A stretch of DNA of 64,000 nucleotides, from positions 7,245 to 71,244 of the forward strand of contig JAFGKK010000012.1 in NCBI GenBank assembly GCA_016928575.1, written 5' to 3'. The notes under the pieces were generated by a model. The model did not search any database and was not told where the DNA came from. It was given only the letters and a program-made list of their open reading frames with translations. The translations under genes and the position numbers were made by a program. How positions within the stretch are numbered: the first letter of the stretch is position 1; each line of letters starts with the position of its first letter. The stretch comes from Anaerolineales bacterium. Its GTDB lineage: Bacteria > Chloroflexota > Anaerolineae > Anaerolineales > RBG-16-64-43. Below are positions 54,378 through 63,297 of this stretch, piece after piece.

Positions 54378-54650
54378 TTGTCCCTTCCGCGAAGTCTGCG
54401 GCCGTCCGGTTGGGAAAGGCCGCATCCTTTGGCGCGGCGGCGGGCCCGGCGGCTCCCGTTTAAATCCTTCAAGGACGGGAATCCGGCGAGGATGGCTTGC
54501 GATCCATCCGCGTCAGTGGAATTGGGAGACCATTCCGATATCAAGGCGCCCGGATTCCCGCCAAGAACCCCCCGCTTCGCAGAGCGGGCGCGGGAATGAC
54601 GGCCTGATCAAAACGCCCCCGCGAAGCGCGCGGCGATCCCGGGAGTTGCC

Positions 54651-55133
54651 ATGACCGATTACCGCATCCGCCCCGCCGATCCCGGAGACGTCGCCTGGAT
54701 CAAGAATTTGATTTGCGAGCATTGGGGGGATGAAACGGTGATCGTTCACGGGGATTGCTACCGCCCCCAAGAACTTCCGGGGTTTCTAGCCGAGAGCGGC
54801 GGGCGGAACCGGGGTTTGATCACCTACCGCCTGGACGGGGAAGACTGCGAAATCGTCTCGCTGGACAGCCTGGACCGCGGAAAGGGCATCGGCCGGGCGC
54901 TGGTGGGAGCCGTCGTCGACGCGGCCCGCCGCGCGGGGTGCCGCCGTTTGCGCGTGACGACCACCAACGACAACCTGCGGGCGTTAAGGTTTTATCAGCG
55001 GATCGGATTCACACTCGCCGCCCTGCGGCCGAACGCGCTGGCCGAGACCCGCAAACGCAAATCCGTCCCCGCCGCCGGCGAGGACGGGATTCCCATCCGG
55101 GATGAGATCGAACTGGCGAGGCCCCTGGATTGA
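54651..55133 (+). CDS. GNAT family N-acetyltransferase
   Basis: RGKGIGRALV acetyl-CoA motif and RFYQRIGF. 160 aa; GGGAG SD. Confidence 0.85.
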   Translation: MTDYRIRPADPGDVAWIKNLICEHWGDETVIVHGDCYRPQELPGFLAESGGRNRGLITYRLDGEDCEIVSLDSLDRGKGIGRALVGAVVDAARRAGCRRLRVTTTNDNLRALRFYQRIGFTLAALRPNALAETRKRKSVPAAGEDGIPIRDEIELARPLD

Positions 55134-55145
55134 CCGGGGGCCCGG

Positions 55146-55664
55146 TTATTGCGAGTAGCCCTTCTCCTTGATTTCGTCGAACACGACCAGTTGTTGCGGA
55201 CCCCGGCGGTGCGCCTCCCATAGCGCCACCGAAGCTCGGGAGAGCAGCTCGGTGGAGGTGATTCCTTCGCCGCCCGGATGCGAAGCCATCCCGGCGCAAA
55301 TCGACACGCCGTATTCGTGGAGCTCGCGGGTCACCTGCTTGCCCCGGAATTTGTCGGCCAGCCTCTCGGCCGCCTTGCGTGCCCCTTCGATATCAGATTC
55401 GGGCATCACCACCATGTAGTTGCCCTGGTAATGGCCGGGGATGTCGACTTCGCGCAGGCCGGCGTGCAGCATGTCGGCCATGAACGAACGCGCGCTGTCC
55501 AGAACCTCTTTGGAGGGATCTTCCGCGAAACGCAGGGCGATATACAAAACGGAAACCGGGCCGGGGTAGCGCTTGGCCCGCAAGACCTCGTTGTCGAGCA
55601 GGCTTTCCAGCATCTTCTGCGGGTAAAGACCGGTTTCCTTATCCAGCCGGGCGTCCTGATCCAT
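55146..55664 (-). CDS. Stand-alone degenerate GGDEF-fold protein (GG[DE]EF replaced by QGNYM)
   Basis: Collinear with the PleD GGDEF domain (D.ETGL...VDIPGHYQGNYMVVMPES...SICAGMAS...LLSRASVALWEAHRRG). The D-x-D metal-binding site is also absent. Confidence 0.65.
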   Translation of the reverse strand: MDQDARLDKETGLYPQKMLESLLDNEVLRAKRYPGPVSVLYIALRFAEDPSKEVLDSARSFMADMLHAGLREVDIPGHYQGNYMVVMPESDIEGARKAAERLADKFRGKQVTRELHEYGVSICAGMASHPGGEGITSTELLSRASVALWEAHRRGPQQLVVFDEIKEKGYSQ

Positions 55665-55718
55665 AGGGCTTTTCTTCCTTCCCCCTGGATTCCGCGGGTC
55701 TGCGATTGGATGGCTTGA

Positions 55719-56375
55719 TTAAACCTGAGAACCGCTTTCCCCGCAACCGTTGGGGGCGCGCTTCGCGCGGATCTCGTCGAACAGCACCAGGCTGTTCGGC
55801 CCCCGCCGTCGTGCTTCGCCCAACGCGGCGGCGGCTTCGGACAGCAAGTGCGAGGCCGAGATCCCCGCGCCCCCCGCATGGGAGGATACGCCGATGCAGG
55901 CGGAGATTTTGAAGTGCTCAGCCGTGCGCGTGACCAGGGATCCTCCCAATTCCTTAAGGATCCGCTGGGCGGCGGTCCTGGCGCCGGCGCCGTCGGTGGC
56001 GGGCAGGATCACCAGGTAGTCCCCCTCGTAATGGCCCGGCAGATCCGCCTCGCGGAGTTTGGAATGCAGGAGGTTGGCAATGAACAGCCGCGCGCTTTCG
56101 ACGATTTGTTCCGAAGATGGTTCCGGGAAGGAGATGCTGAAGTGGATCAGGGAAACGGGACTCGGATACCGGCGCGAACGGACGATTTCGTGAATCAACA
56201 GCGTTTCGAGCATTTTTTGGGGAAACAGCCCGGATTGTTGATCGAGACGGTCGTTTCCGTTCACGGGGATCCCTCTTCGGCGGAGGCGGAAGAGCGGTGC
56301 GGCGTCGGCAAAACCGCTGATCCGACCGCGGATCAGAGCGGGGCGGAGTTCAATGAAAGAGCGCGCAAGCCGCAT
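55719..56375 (-). CDS. Stand-alone degenerate GGDEF-fold protein, paralog (EGDYL)
   Basis: ADLPGHYEGDYLVILPAT. Paralogous to 55146-55664 throughout. A GTG at 56264 would give an N-terminus matching the paralog. Confidence 0.6.
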   Translation of the reverse strand: MRLARSFIELRPALIRGRISGFADAAPLFRLRRRGIPVNGNDRLDQQSGLFPQKMLETLLIHEIVRSRRYPSPVSLIHFSISFPEPSSEQIVESARLFIANLLHSKLREADLPGHYEGDYLVILPATDGAGARTAAQRILKELGGSLVTRTAEHFKISACIGVSSHAGGAGISASHLLSEAAAALGEARRRGPNSLVLFDEIRAKRAPNGCGESGSQV

Positions 56376-56394
56376 CCGTCCCGGCGGGGCGATT

Positions 56395-57630
56395 TTATCC
56401 CGCCTTGGTCAGCCGGACAAACCTGCGTTTCCCGACCTGCAGGACCGGGTCTCCCTCCCCCGACACCGCGGCGTTTGGATCTCGGACGGTGGCGCCCCCG
56501 AGTTTGACTCCTCCTTGTTCGATCAGGCGCCGCGCGTCGCTCTTGCTTTTCGCGAGGCCGTGGCCGGTCATCACGTCCACCAGACGCATCCCCGGCGCCA
56601 CGGCCAGGGACGGGATCTCCTCGGGCAATTCCGACTGCTGGAACACCAGCCGGAATTGCTGCTCGGCGGCGGCGGCGGCTTCCGGCCCGTGATAGATCTC
56701 CACGATCTCGCGCGCGAGGTTCATCTTCGCGTCCCGCGGATGAAGCGCGCCGGATTGCAGATCCCGCTCGACCGCGGCGATTTTCTCCGGGGTGAAGCGG
56801 GTCAGCAGTTTGAAGTACAGCCCCATCGCCGAATCCGGGACGCTCATTACCTTTCCGTACATGTCGCCCGGCTCGGCCATCAGGGGGATATGGTTGCCGA
56901 GGCTTTTGCTCATCCGGACCACCCCGTCGGTCCCGGGCAAAATCCCCAGCAGCACCCCGATGTTGGGCCGGACGCCGTAATGCTCCATGACCTTGCGCCC
57001 GGCGGTGATGATGTTAAACAGCTGTTCGGTTCCGCCGACCTGGACGTCGGCCCGCAAGGCGTAGGCGTCGTAGCCCTGCATGATCGAGTAGAAAAACTCG
57101 TGCAGGTAGATCGCGTCCCCCCGATCCCACCGCAAGCGGAAATTCTCGCGGGTGGTGAACTGCTGGACGGTGAAATTCGACCCCAGCCGGATCAACTCGG
57201 CGAACGACAACCGGGAAAGCCATTCGGAGTTGTGGCGGACCTCGGTCCGGCCGCGGTCGAGGATCCGGAAGGCTTGGTCGGCGTAGGTGCGGGCGTTTTC
57301 CTTTATCCGCTCCTCGACGAGCTGAGGCCGCAGGGCGTTTTTATCGGAAGGATCCCCGACGAGGGCGGTGTAATCGCCGATCAGGAAAACGACCGAATGG
57401 CCGAGTTCCTGGAACTGGCGCAGCTTGCGCATCGTCACGGTGTGCCCGAGGTGCAGGTCCGACGAGGTCGGATCGTACCCGGCGTAGACCCGCAGCGGTC
57501 GGTCTTCCTTCCCGGCCTGGATCAGGCGCTCGCGGAGTTCCGCGGCCATGGCCTGCTTGAGCGCCTCATCCCCGTATTCGGTTCCCTGCATGAGGAGCGC
57601 CACTTGTTGGTCGATTGCGGGTTTTGACAT
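56395..57630 (-). CDS. tyrS: Tyrosine--tRNA ligase
   Basis: HLGH (HIGH), KMSKSLGN, and C-terminal S4 domain. Confidence 0.95.
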   Translation of the reverse strand: MSKPAIDQQVALLMQGTEYGDEALKQAMAAELRERLIQAGKEDRPLRVYAGYDPTSSDLHLGHTVTMRKLRQFQELGHSVVFLIGDYTALVGDPSDKNALRPQLVEERIKENARTYADQAFRILDRGRTEVRHNSEWLSRLSFAELIRLGSNFTVQQFTTRENFRLRWDRGDAIYLHEFFYSIMQGYDAYALRADVQVGGTEQLFNIITAGRKVMEHYGVRPNIGVLLGILPGTDGVVRMSKSLGNHIPLMAEPGDMYGKVMSVPDSAMGLYFKLLTRFTPEKIAAVERDLQSGALHPRDAKMNLAREIVEIYHGPEAAAAAEQQFRLVFQQSELPEEIPSLAVAPGMRLVDVMTGHGLAKSKSDARRLIEQGGVKLGGATVRDPNAAVSGEGDPVLQVGKRRFVRLTKAG

Positions 57631-57681
57631 GCCTGCTCCGAAGGCGGAGGAAATTGGAGTGCAACGCTTCCGCGGGCCGGG

Positions 57682-57690
57682 ATTATAGCA
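57682..57690 (-). promoter_or_regulatory. Extended -10 TGcTATAAT upstream of tyrS
   Basis: Minus-strand reading is gatgcTATAATcccgg, about 50 nt before the ATG. Confidence 0.4.
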
Positions 57691-57731
57691 TCAACCCCGG
57701 AATTTCTGCGCCAAACGGGGCGATTTGCGGA

Positions 57732-57740
57732 TGGTATAAT
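57732..57740 (+). promoter_or_regulatory. Extended -10 TGgTATAAT upstream of mreB
   Basis: gcggaTGGTATAATcgg, about 60 nt before the mreB start. Confidence 0.5.
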
Positions 57741-57801
57741 CGGTATTTGGTCCCGCCGGGGCCGAAGGACGGCAAATTTCCATCCCAACCATGGAGAGAC
57801 T

Positions 57802-58866
57802 TTGGCGAATCCGCTTCAATGGCTGCTCGGCCTGATCACGCTGGACATCAGCATCGATCTCGGTACGGCCAACACGCTGGTCAACGTCCACGGCAAAGGC
57901 ATCGTCATCAACGAACCTTCCTGGGTGGCGGTCGACAAGAAATCCCGCCGGGTGCTGAAGGTCGGCCGGGCGGCGAAGGAGATCATCGGGCGGACGCCTC
58001 CGAACGTGGTGACGATGCGGCCGATCCGCGACGGCGTGATCTCGGAGTTCGACGCCACGGCGACGATGCTCGAATACTTCATCCGCCGGGTGATCAACCA
58101 GAGCGTGGTGCCGGTTCCCCTGACCCGGGTGATCGTCGGAGTCCCGGTGGGTGCGACGAGCGTCGAGCGGCGGGCGGTGATCGACGCCGCCACCTCGGCC
58201 GGTGCGCGCGAGGCTTTACTGGTGGAGGAGCCGGTGGCCTCGGCGATCGGGGCCGCTCTGCCGATCCGCGGCGTGCACAGCACGATGCTGATGGACATCG
58301 GCGGCGGCACGACCGAGATCGCCGTCTTTTCGTCGCGCAGGATCCTGATCTCCAACTCGATCCGCGTCGCCGGCGACGAGATGGACGAGAACGTGATCAC
58401 CTACCTGCGCGATAAATACAACCTGCTGGTGGGCCAGACCATGGCCGAACAGGCGAAGAAGACGGTCGGCGCCGCCGCCCCGCTGGGCGAGGAAAAGGTG
58501 ATGACCGTCCGCGGCCGCAACCTGATCTCCGGACTGCCGGAAGAGGTCGAAATCTCTTCGATCGAAATGCGCGAGGCCTTGGCGCCTTCGCTGAAAGCCA
58601 TCACCCAAGCCCTGCGCGAGGTCCTCGAGCAGGCGCCGCCGGAGATTATGGCCGACCTGATGGATTCCGGGTTGTGCCTGACGGGCGGGGGCGCCCTGCT
58701 CCACGGGCTTCCGGAAAAACTCAGCGAGGAGTTCAAGATCCGAGCCTGGCGCGCCGACGACCCGCTGACCTGCGTCGTCCGCGGCGCGGCCGCGGTGCTG
58801 TCGGGCATCGAGACCCACCGGGAATTCCTCGCATCCTCCGACCGGGATCACCGCGGCCGAAGGTAA
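57802..58866 (+). CDS. mreB: Rod shape-determining protein MreB
   Basis: DISIDLGTANTLV, actin-fold phosphate and adenosine motifs. TTG start (no in-frame ATG), with GGAGA upstream. Confidence 0.95.
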   Translation: MANPLQWLLGLITLDISIDLGTANTLVNVHGKGIVINEPSWVAVDKKSRRVLKVGRAAKEIIGRTPPNVVTMRPIRDGVISEFDATATMLEYFIRRVINQSVVPVPLTRVIVGVPVGATSVERRAVIDAATSAGAREALLVEEPVASAIGAALPIRGVHSTMLMDIGGGTTEIAVFSSRRILISNSIRVAGDEMDENVITYLRDKYNLLVGQTMAEQAKKTVGAAAPLGEEKVMTVRGRNLISGLPEEVEISSIEMREALAPSLKAITQALREVLEQAPPEIMADLMDSGLCLTGGGALLHGLPEKLSEEFKIRAWRADDPLTCVVRGAAAVLSGIETHREFLASSDRDHRGRR

Positions 58867-58905
58867 ACCGCCGTTTTCCTGTGATGGCTCCCCTCCGAAA
58901 ATCCC

Positions 58906-59748
58906 ATGCATAATCCACGAAGACGTCTCATGCTGGCCGGCGCGCTGCTGCTCGCCTCGCTCGGCCTGGTGCTGATCGGCCAAGCCGGGATGGTGGACCC
59001 GGTGCGGGATCTGGCCTTCCGGGCGGTGACCGGCGTCCAGCGCTCGATCTCGACCGCCTTCTTCAACATCCGCGATTTTCTGACCGCGCCGCGCAACCTG
59101 CAGGAGCTGATCCAAAAGAACAGCCAGTTGGAGGAACGCGTCGCCCAATTGGAGGCGGAAGTGGTCACCCTGCGCGATCAGGCCGCCGAAGTCGACGCCC
59201 TGCGGGCGCTGCTCGGCGCGGCGGCCCAAGCGCCGGAAAACCGATACCTGGCGGCGAACGTGATCGGGCGCGACACCAGCCCCTTCCTCCAATATCTGAT
59301 CCTCGACCGGGGATCCGACGCCGGGGTCCGGCGGGGAATGCCGGTGGTGAATGAAAACGGCTTGGTGGGCCGGATCATGGAAGTCAGCGCCACGGCTTCC
59401 AAACTGCAGCTCATCACCGATCCCAATTCGGCGGTCAACGCGCGGATCCAGGAAAGCCGCGCGGAAGGGATCCTGGTCGGCCGCCAGACGGGCGACCTGG
59501 AACTGCTTTACCTCTCCCAAGACATCACCGTAACCGTCGGCGAAACCATTGTGACCTCCGGATTGGGCGGCGGCTTTCCGCCGGAAATCCTGATCGGCCG
59601 GGTGGTCAGCGTTCGCCGCCGCGATTACGAGCTCTACCAAACCGCGATCATCGAACCGCGCAGCGATTTCTCCCGCTTGGAGATGGTCCTAATCATCACC
59701 AACTTCGAGCCGGTATACGTCGATCCGCTGTTGGAAAGCACCCTGTAG
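58906..59748 (+). CDS. mreC: Rod shape-determining protein MreC
   Basis: N-terminal TM, coiled coil (LQELIQKNSQLEERVAQLEAE), and C-terminal beta domains (GLVGRI...TSGLGGGFP). Confidence 0.9.
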   Translation: MHNPRRRLMLAGALLLASLGLVLIGQAGMVDPVRDLAFRAVTGVQRSISTAFFNIRDFLTAPRNLQELIQKNSQLEERVAQLEAEVVTLRDQAAEVDALRALLGAAAQAPENRYLAANVIGRDTSPFLQYLILDRGSDAGVRRGMPVVNENGLVGRIMEVSATASKLQLITDPNSAVNARIQESRAEGILVGRQTGDLELLYLSQDITVTVGETIVTSGLGGGFPPEILIGRVVSVRRRDYELYQTAIIEPRSDFSRLEMVLIITNFEPVYVDPLLESTL

Positions 59749-59757
59749 GGCCGGCCG

Positions 59758-60261
59758 ATGATTTGGTGGATCGCCGTTCCGCTGCTGGCCGTGCTGTCCA
59801 TCCTGCAGACCTCGCTGTTCCGTCAGGTTTTCCTTTTGGACGGCAATCTCGACCTGTTGCTGGTGACGGTGTTGTGCTGGAGCCTGCTGCGTCCGGAGGA
59901 GAGTCTGGCCTGGGCGGTGGCGGCGGGCTGCTTCGCGGACCTCTTCACCGGCGGCCCGTTCGGTGTCACCTCGATCGCCTTCCTGTTTTCCGCCTTTTGC
60001 ATCGGCCAATTGCACGGGCGGCTGCGCACCCACAGCCCGGTCGTCGTGATGGCGATCGCCATCTTCGGCACGCTCCTCGCCCACCTGGCCTCGATCGCAC
60101 TCCTGACCCTTTCCGGCCGGGGCCTCGACATCGGCTACCTGCTGATGTACGTCACCCTGCCCGCCGCATTCCTCAACACCCTCTTCTCCGTTCCGGTTTA
60201 CCTTGCGCTGCGGCGGCTGCACGTCATCGGCGCGCCGGCGCTGACGGAGGAGGGAGAATGA
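59758..60261 (+). CDS. mreD: Rod shape-determining protein MreD
   Basis: 167 aa, 5 TM segments, positioned between mreC and PBP2. Confidence 0.8.
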   Translation: MIWWIAVPLLAVLSILQTSLFRQVFLLDGNLDLLLVTVLCWSLLRPEESLAWAVAAGCFADLFTGGPFGVTSIAFLFSAFCIGQLHGRLRTHSPVVVMAIAIFGTLLAHLASIALLTLSGRGLDIGYLLMYVTLPAAFLNTLFSVPVYLALRRLHVIGAPALTEEGE

Positions 60262-62375
60262 GATCCTCGCTCGGCGACAACCGCGTGGCCCCGGGGCGGA
60301 TCCGGTTTTTCCTGGCGGGGATGCTGGTGATTTTCGCGATTTTCTCCCTGCGGCTGATTCAAATGCAGGTGATTCTGGGCGATTATTACGGCGCTTTGGC
60401 GGAGGACAACCGCACGCAATTGGTCTACGTCCCCTCCTCGCGCGGGGTGGTCTACGACCGCAACGGACTGCTCCTGGCGCGCAACACGCCCGCCTATAAC
60501 ATCACCCTCACTCCAGCCCTCCTGCCCTACAGCGCCGCGGAGATTGAAACCCTCTACCGCAAGCTGTCGCAACTGACCGGCGTGCCGATCCGCGTGCCGG
60601 GATCCGTCCCCTCCCAGGAATGCGCGCCGGGCCGCGGAATCGCCGACCTGATGGACGAGTGGATCGATCTTGCCCCCTACTACGCCGTGAAGATCGCCTG
60701 CGATGCCGATCCGACCGTCGCCAAAATCATTCTCGAACGGGCGGCCGACCTGCCCGGCGTGGGGGTGGAGGTTTCCGCGGTGCGGGATTACCCGAACGGC
60801 CGCTACACCGCGCACCTTGTCGGCTACATGGGCCGGATTCCGGCGGAGCTGGCCGACATCTACAAACCGCGCGGATATAACCTGGACCGCGACAAGATCG
60901 GCTACGCCGGGGTCGAAGCCTTCATGCAGAACGTGCTGGCCGGGGAATACGGCAGCGAATTGTGGGAGGTGGACGCCGCGGGGAAGAAGATCCGCCTGCT
61001 GGAGGCGCCGACCGCGGCGGTCCCCGGCCTCAACATCAAACTGACGATCGACTCGCGGCTGCAGCAGGCCGCCACGGAGATATTGGAAAAACAGATCGAA
61101 GAAACCCGGGCCAAAAAGCCTGAGTATCTGCGCAGTCCGATGGCCAGCGGGGTGGTGATCGCGATGAACCCGAACACCGGCGAGATCCTCGCCATGGTGT
61201 CGACGCCAACCTACGACAACCAGCGCTTCTCGCGCGCCATTCCGTTCGAATACTACAGCCAACTGGCGGCCGACATCAGCAATCCGCTGTTGAACCACGC
61301 CATCTCCGGCACCTACCCGCCGGGTTCGGTGTTCAAACTCGCCACCGCCGTTGGCGCGTTGAACGAAGGCATCGTCTCGCTCGACACCCCCGTGACCTGC
61401 CGCGGGACGATCACCGTCACGCAAAAATTCCACCCCACCGACCCCGGGCGCGAGATGCTCTTCTACTGTTACGACCGGACCGGGCACGGCGAGATCACCT
61501 TTCTCCGCGGGCTGGCTTTATCCTGCGACATTTACTTCTACAACCTGGGCGCCGGCTACAGCGGCCCGGGCGGCGTGGCCAAGGGCCTGGGGATCGAAGG
61601 AATTAAACAATACGCCGAGGCGCTGGGCTACGACCGGCCGCTCGGGATCGAGCTTTACGGCGAACGCCCCGGGTTGATTCCGGATCCGGACTGGAAACGA
61701 ATCAACCAGGGCGAGAACTGGGCCACCGGCGACACCTACATCGCCACCATCGGCCAGGGCTACGTGGACGCCACGCCCCTGCAGGTGGCCGAATCCTTCG
61801 CCGCGATCGCCGCCGGCGGGAAGGTGATGAAGCCGACGCTGATCAAAGAGTACCTGGACGGGGAAGGAAACACGATTACGGACTTCGTGAAACGGCGGTA
61901 CATAGACGAGGAAGGCTATGAAATAGCGGAATACTTTCAAGACGGATACGGAAACCCGGTCACCGCGCCCGGGCCGGTGATGCTCTACGACTTGGCCGAC
62001 GGGGTGATCACCGCTCCGTACGACGTGAACATCGAGCCGTGGGTGCTTCAAGCGGTGCAGCAGGGGATGCGCATGGCGGTGACGGAAGGAACCGCCGCGG
62101 ATTACGCGCAGGTCGAGAACATCCCCACCGCGGGGAAGACCGGCACGGCCGAATACTGCGACGACATCGCCCAATCCCGCAACTTGTGCAAGCGCGAAGC
62201 CTGGCCGACGCACGCCTGGTACGGCGCCTACGGCCCCTACGAGAATCCGGAGATCGTGGTGGTGGCGTTCGTGTACGACGGCGGCGAGGGCGCGGTCACC
62301 GCCGGGCCGGTCGTCCGCGACGTGTTGAAGGTGTATTTCTCGCTCAAGCAAGCCGACCTCGAGCGGGGCGGGTGA
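60258..62375 (+). CDS. mrdA: Penicillin-binding protein 2 (class-B transpeptidase, catalytic motifs intact)
   Basis: SVFK (SxxK), SCD (SxN/D) and KTGTAE are all present. ATGA overlap with mreD. Confidence 0.95.
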   Translation: MRSSLGDNRVAPGRIRFFLAGMLVIFAIFSLRLIQMQVILGDYYGALAEDNRTQLVYVPSSRGVVYDRNGLLLARNTPAYNITLTPALLPYSAAEIETLYRKLSQLTGVPIRVPGSVPSQECAPGRGIADLMDEWIDLAPYYAVKIACDADPTVAKIILERAADLPGVGVEVSAVRDYPNGRYTAHLVGYMGRIPAELADIYKPRGYNLDRDKIGYAGVEAFMQNVLAGEYGSELWEVDAAGKKIRLLEAPTAAVPGLNIKLTIDSRLQQAATEILEKQIEETRAKKPEYLRSPMASGVVIAMNPNTGEILAMVSTPTYDNQRFSRAIPFEYYSQLAADISNPLLNHAISGTYPPGSVFKLATAVGALNEGIVSLDTPVTCRGTITVTQKFHPTDPGREMLFYCYDRTGHGEITFLRGLALSCDIYFYNLGAGYSGPGGVAKGLGIEGIKQYAEALGYDRPLGIELYGERPGLIPDPDWKRINQGENWATGDTYIATIGQGYVDATPLQVAESFAAIAAGGKVMKPTLIKEYLDGEGNTITDFVKRRYIDEEGYEIAEYFQDGYGNPVTAPGPVMLYDLADGVITAPYDVNIEPWVLQAVQQGMRMAVTEGTAADYAQVENIPTAGKTGTAEYCDDIAQSRNLCKREAWPTHAWYGAYGPYENPEIVVVAFVYDGGEGAVTAGPVVRDVLKVYFSLKQADLERGG

Positions 62376-62487
62376 TTAACCGCGGGCTGCGCGGATGGAA
62401 AAAAAACGCGGAGGGCACGGATACAAAGATCCGTGGAATCGGTTTTCCGAATCCGTAAAATTCGCGGTCTTAACCGCGAGCATCGCG

Positions 62488-62496
62488 TGCTATAAT
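62488..62496 (+). promoter_or_regulatory. Extended -10 TGcTATAAT upstream of minC
   Basis: gcgTGCTATAATcatt, 41 nt before the ATG at 62538. Confidence 0.45.
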
Positions 62497-62537
62497 CATT
62501 CCCGATGGGACAACCGAACGGTAATTAACGAACAACC

Positions 62538-63227
62538 ATGCCGGTATCCGTCAGCGTCAAGGGCATCCACGAAGGCCTCCTGATCACCCTTCCTGAGGGG
62601 AATTGGGAAGAAGCATTCCCCTCCCTCCTGGAACATCTGGATTCCAAGCCGGATTTTTTCTCCGGCGCCAAGGCCATCCTGCAATTGGAAGGCTACGACC
62701 TGCATGCGGCCGACCTGGCCGGATTGCGCGGCGCTCTGGCGGACCGCGGGATGAGCCTGAAAACGGTGCTCTCCGGAAGCGAAGCCACTCGGCAGGCCGC
62801 CCGAAGCCTCGGGATCGAAACCGCGCTTCCCAAACGCGAAGCGCGGGAAGCCCCGTTCGAGACGGAACTGCAGGGTTCGGAGGCGATCCTTCTTCAGCAG
62901 ACCCTGCGCTCCGGCAACAGCATCCACTTCCCCGGACATGTGGTGGTGCTGGGAGACGTCAATCCGGGCGCGGAAATCTTCGCCGGGGGCAGCGTCGTCG
63001 TGTGGGGGCGCCTGCGCGGGACGGTGCACGCCGGGGCGCGGGGCGACGAACGCTCCGTGGTTTGCGCGATGGACCTCAGCCCGATGCAGCTGCGGATCGG
63101 CGCCCACGTCGCCACCTCCCCGCCGCGCCGCGGGAAACCCCAGCCCGAGACGGCTTTTCTGCGCGAAGGGCAATTGGTGGCGGAACCGTGGTCGCCGAAG
63201 GACAAAACGAAATCCGGGAAAGCGTGA
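62538..63227 (+). CDS. minC: Septum site-determining protein MinC
   Basis: C-terminal beta-helix LRSGNSIHFPGHVVVLGDVNPGAEIFAGGSVVVWGRLRG. Confidence 0.9.
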   Translation: MPVSVSVKGIHEGLLITLPEGNWEEAFPSLLEHLDSKPDFFSGAKAILQLEGYDLHAADLAGLRGALADRGMSLKTVLSGSEATRQAARSLGIETALPKREAREAPFETELQGSEAILLQQTLRSGNSIHFPGHVVVLGDVNPGAEIFAGGSVVVWGRLRGTVHAGARGDERSVVCAMDLSPMQLRIGAHVATSPPRRGKPQPETAFLREGQLVAEPWSPKDKTKSGKA

Positions 63228-63237
63228 CGGTTACCGG

Positions 63238-63270
63238 AGGCCGGCGCGGCTTTGGAAGCCGCGCCGGCCT
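63238..63270 (+). other. 13-bp GC-rich hairpin in the minC-minD spacer
   Basis: aggccggcgcggc-tttggaa-gccgcgccggcct, with no following T-run. Confidence 0.4.
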
Positions 63271-63297
63271 CGCGAGATCCTGATCTGAGGAGAACGC

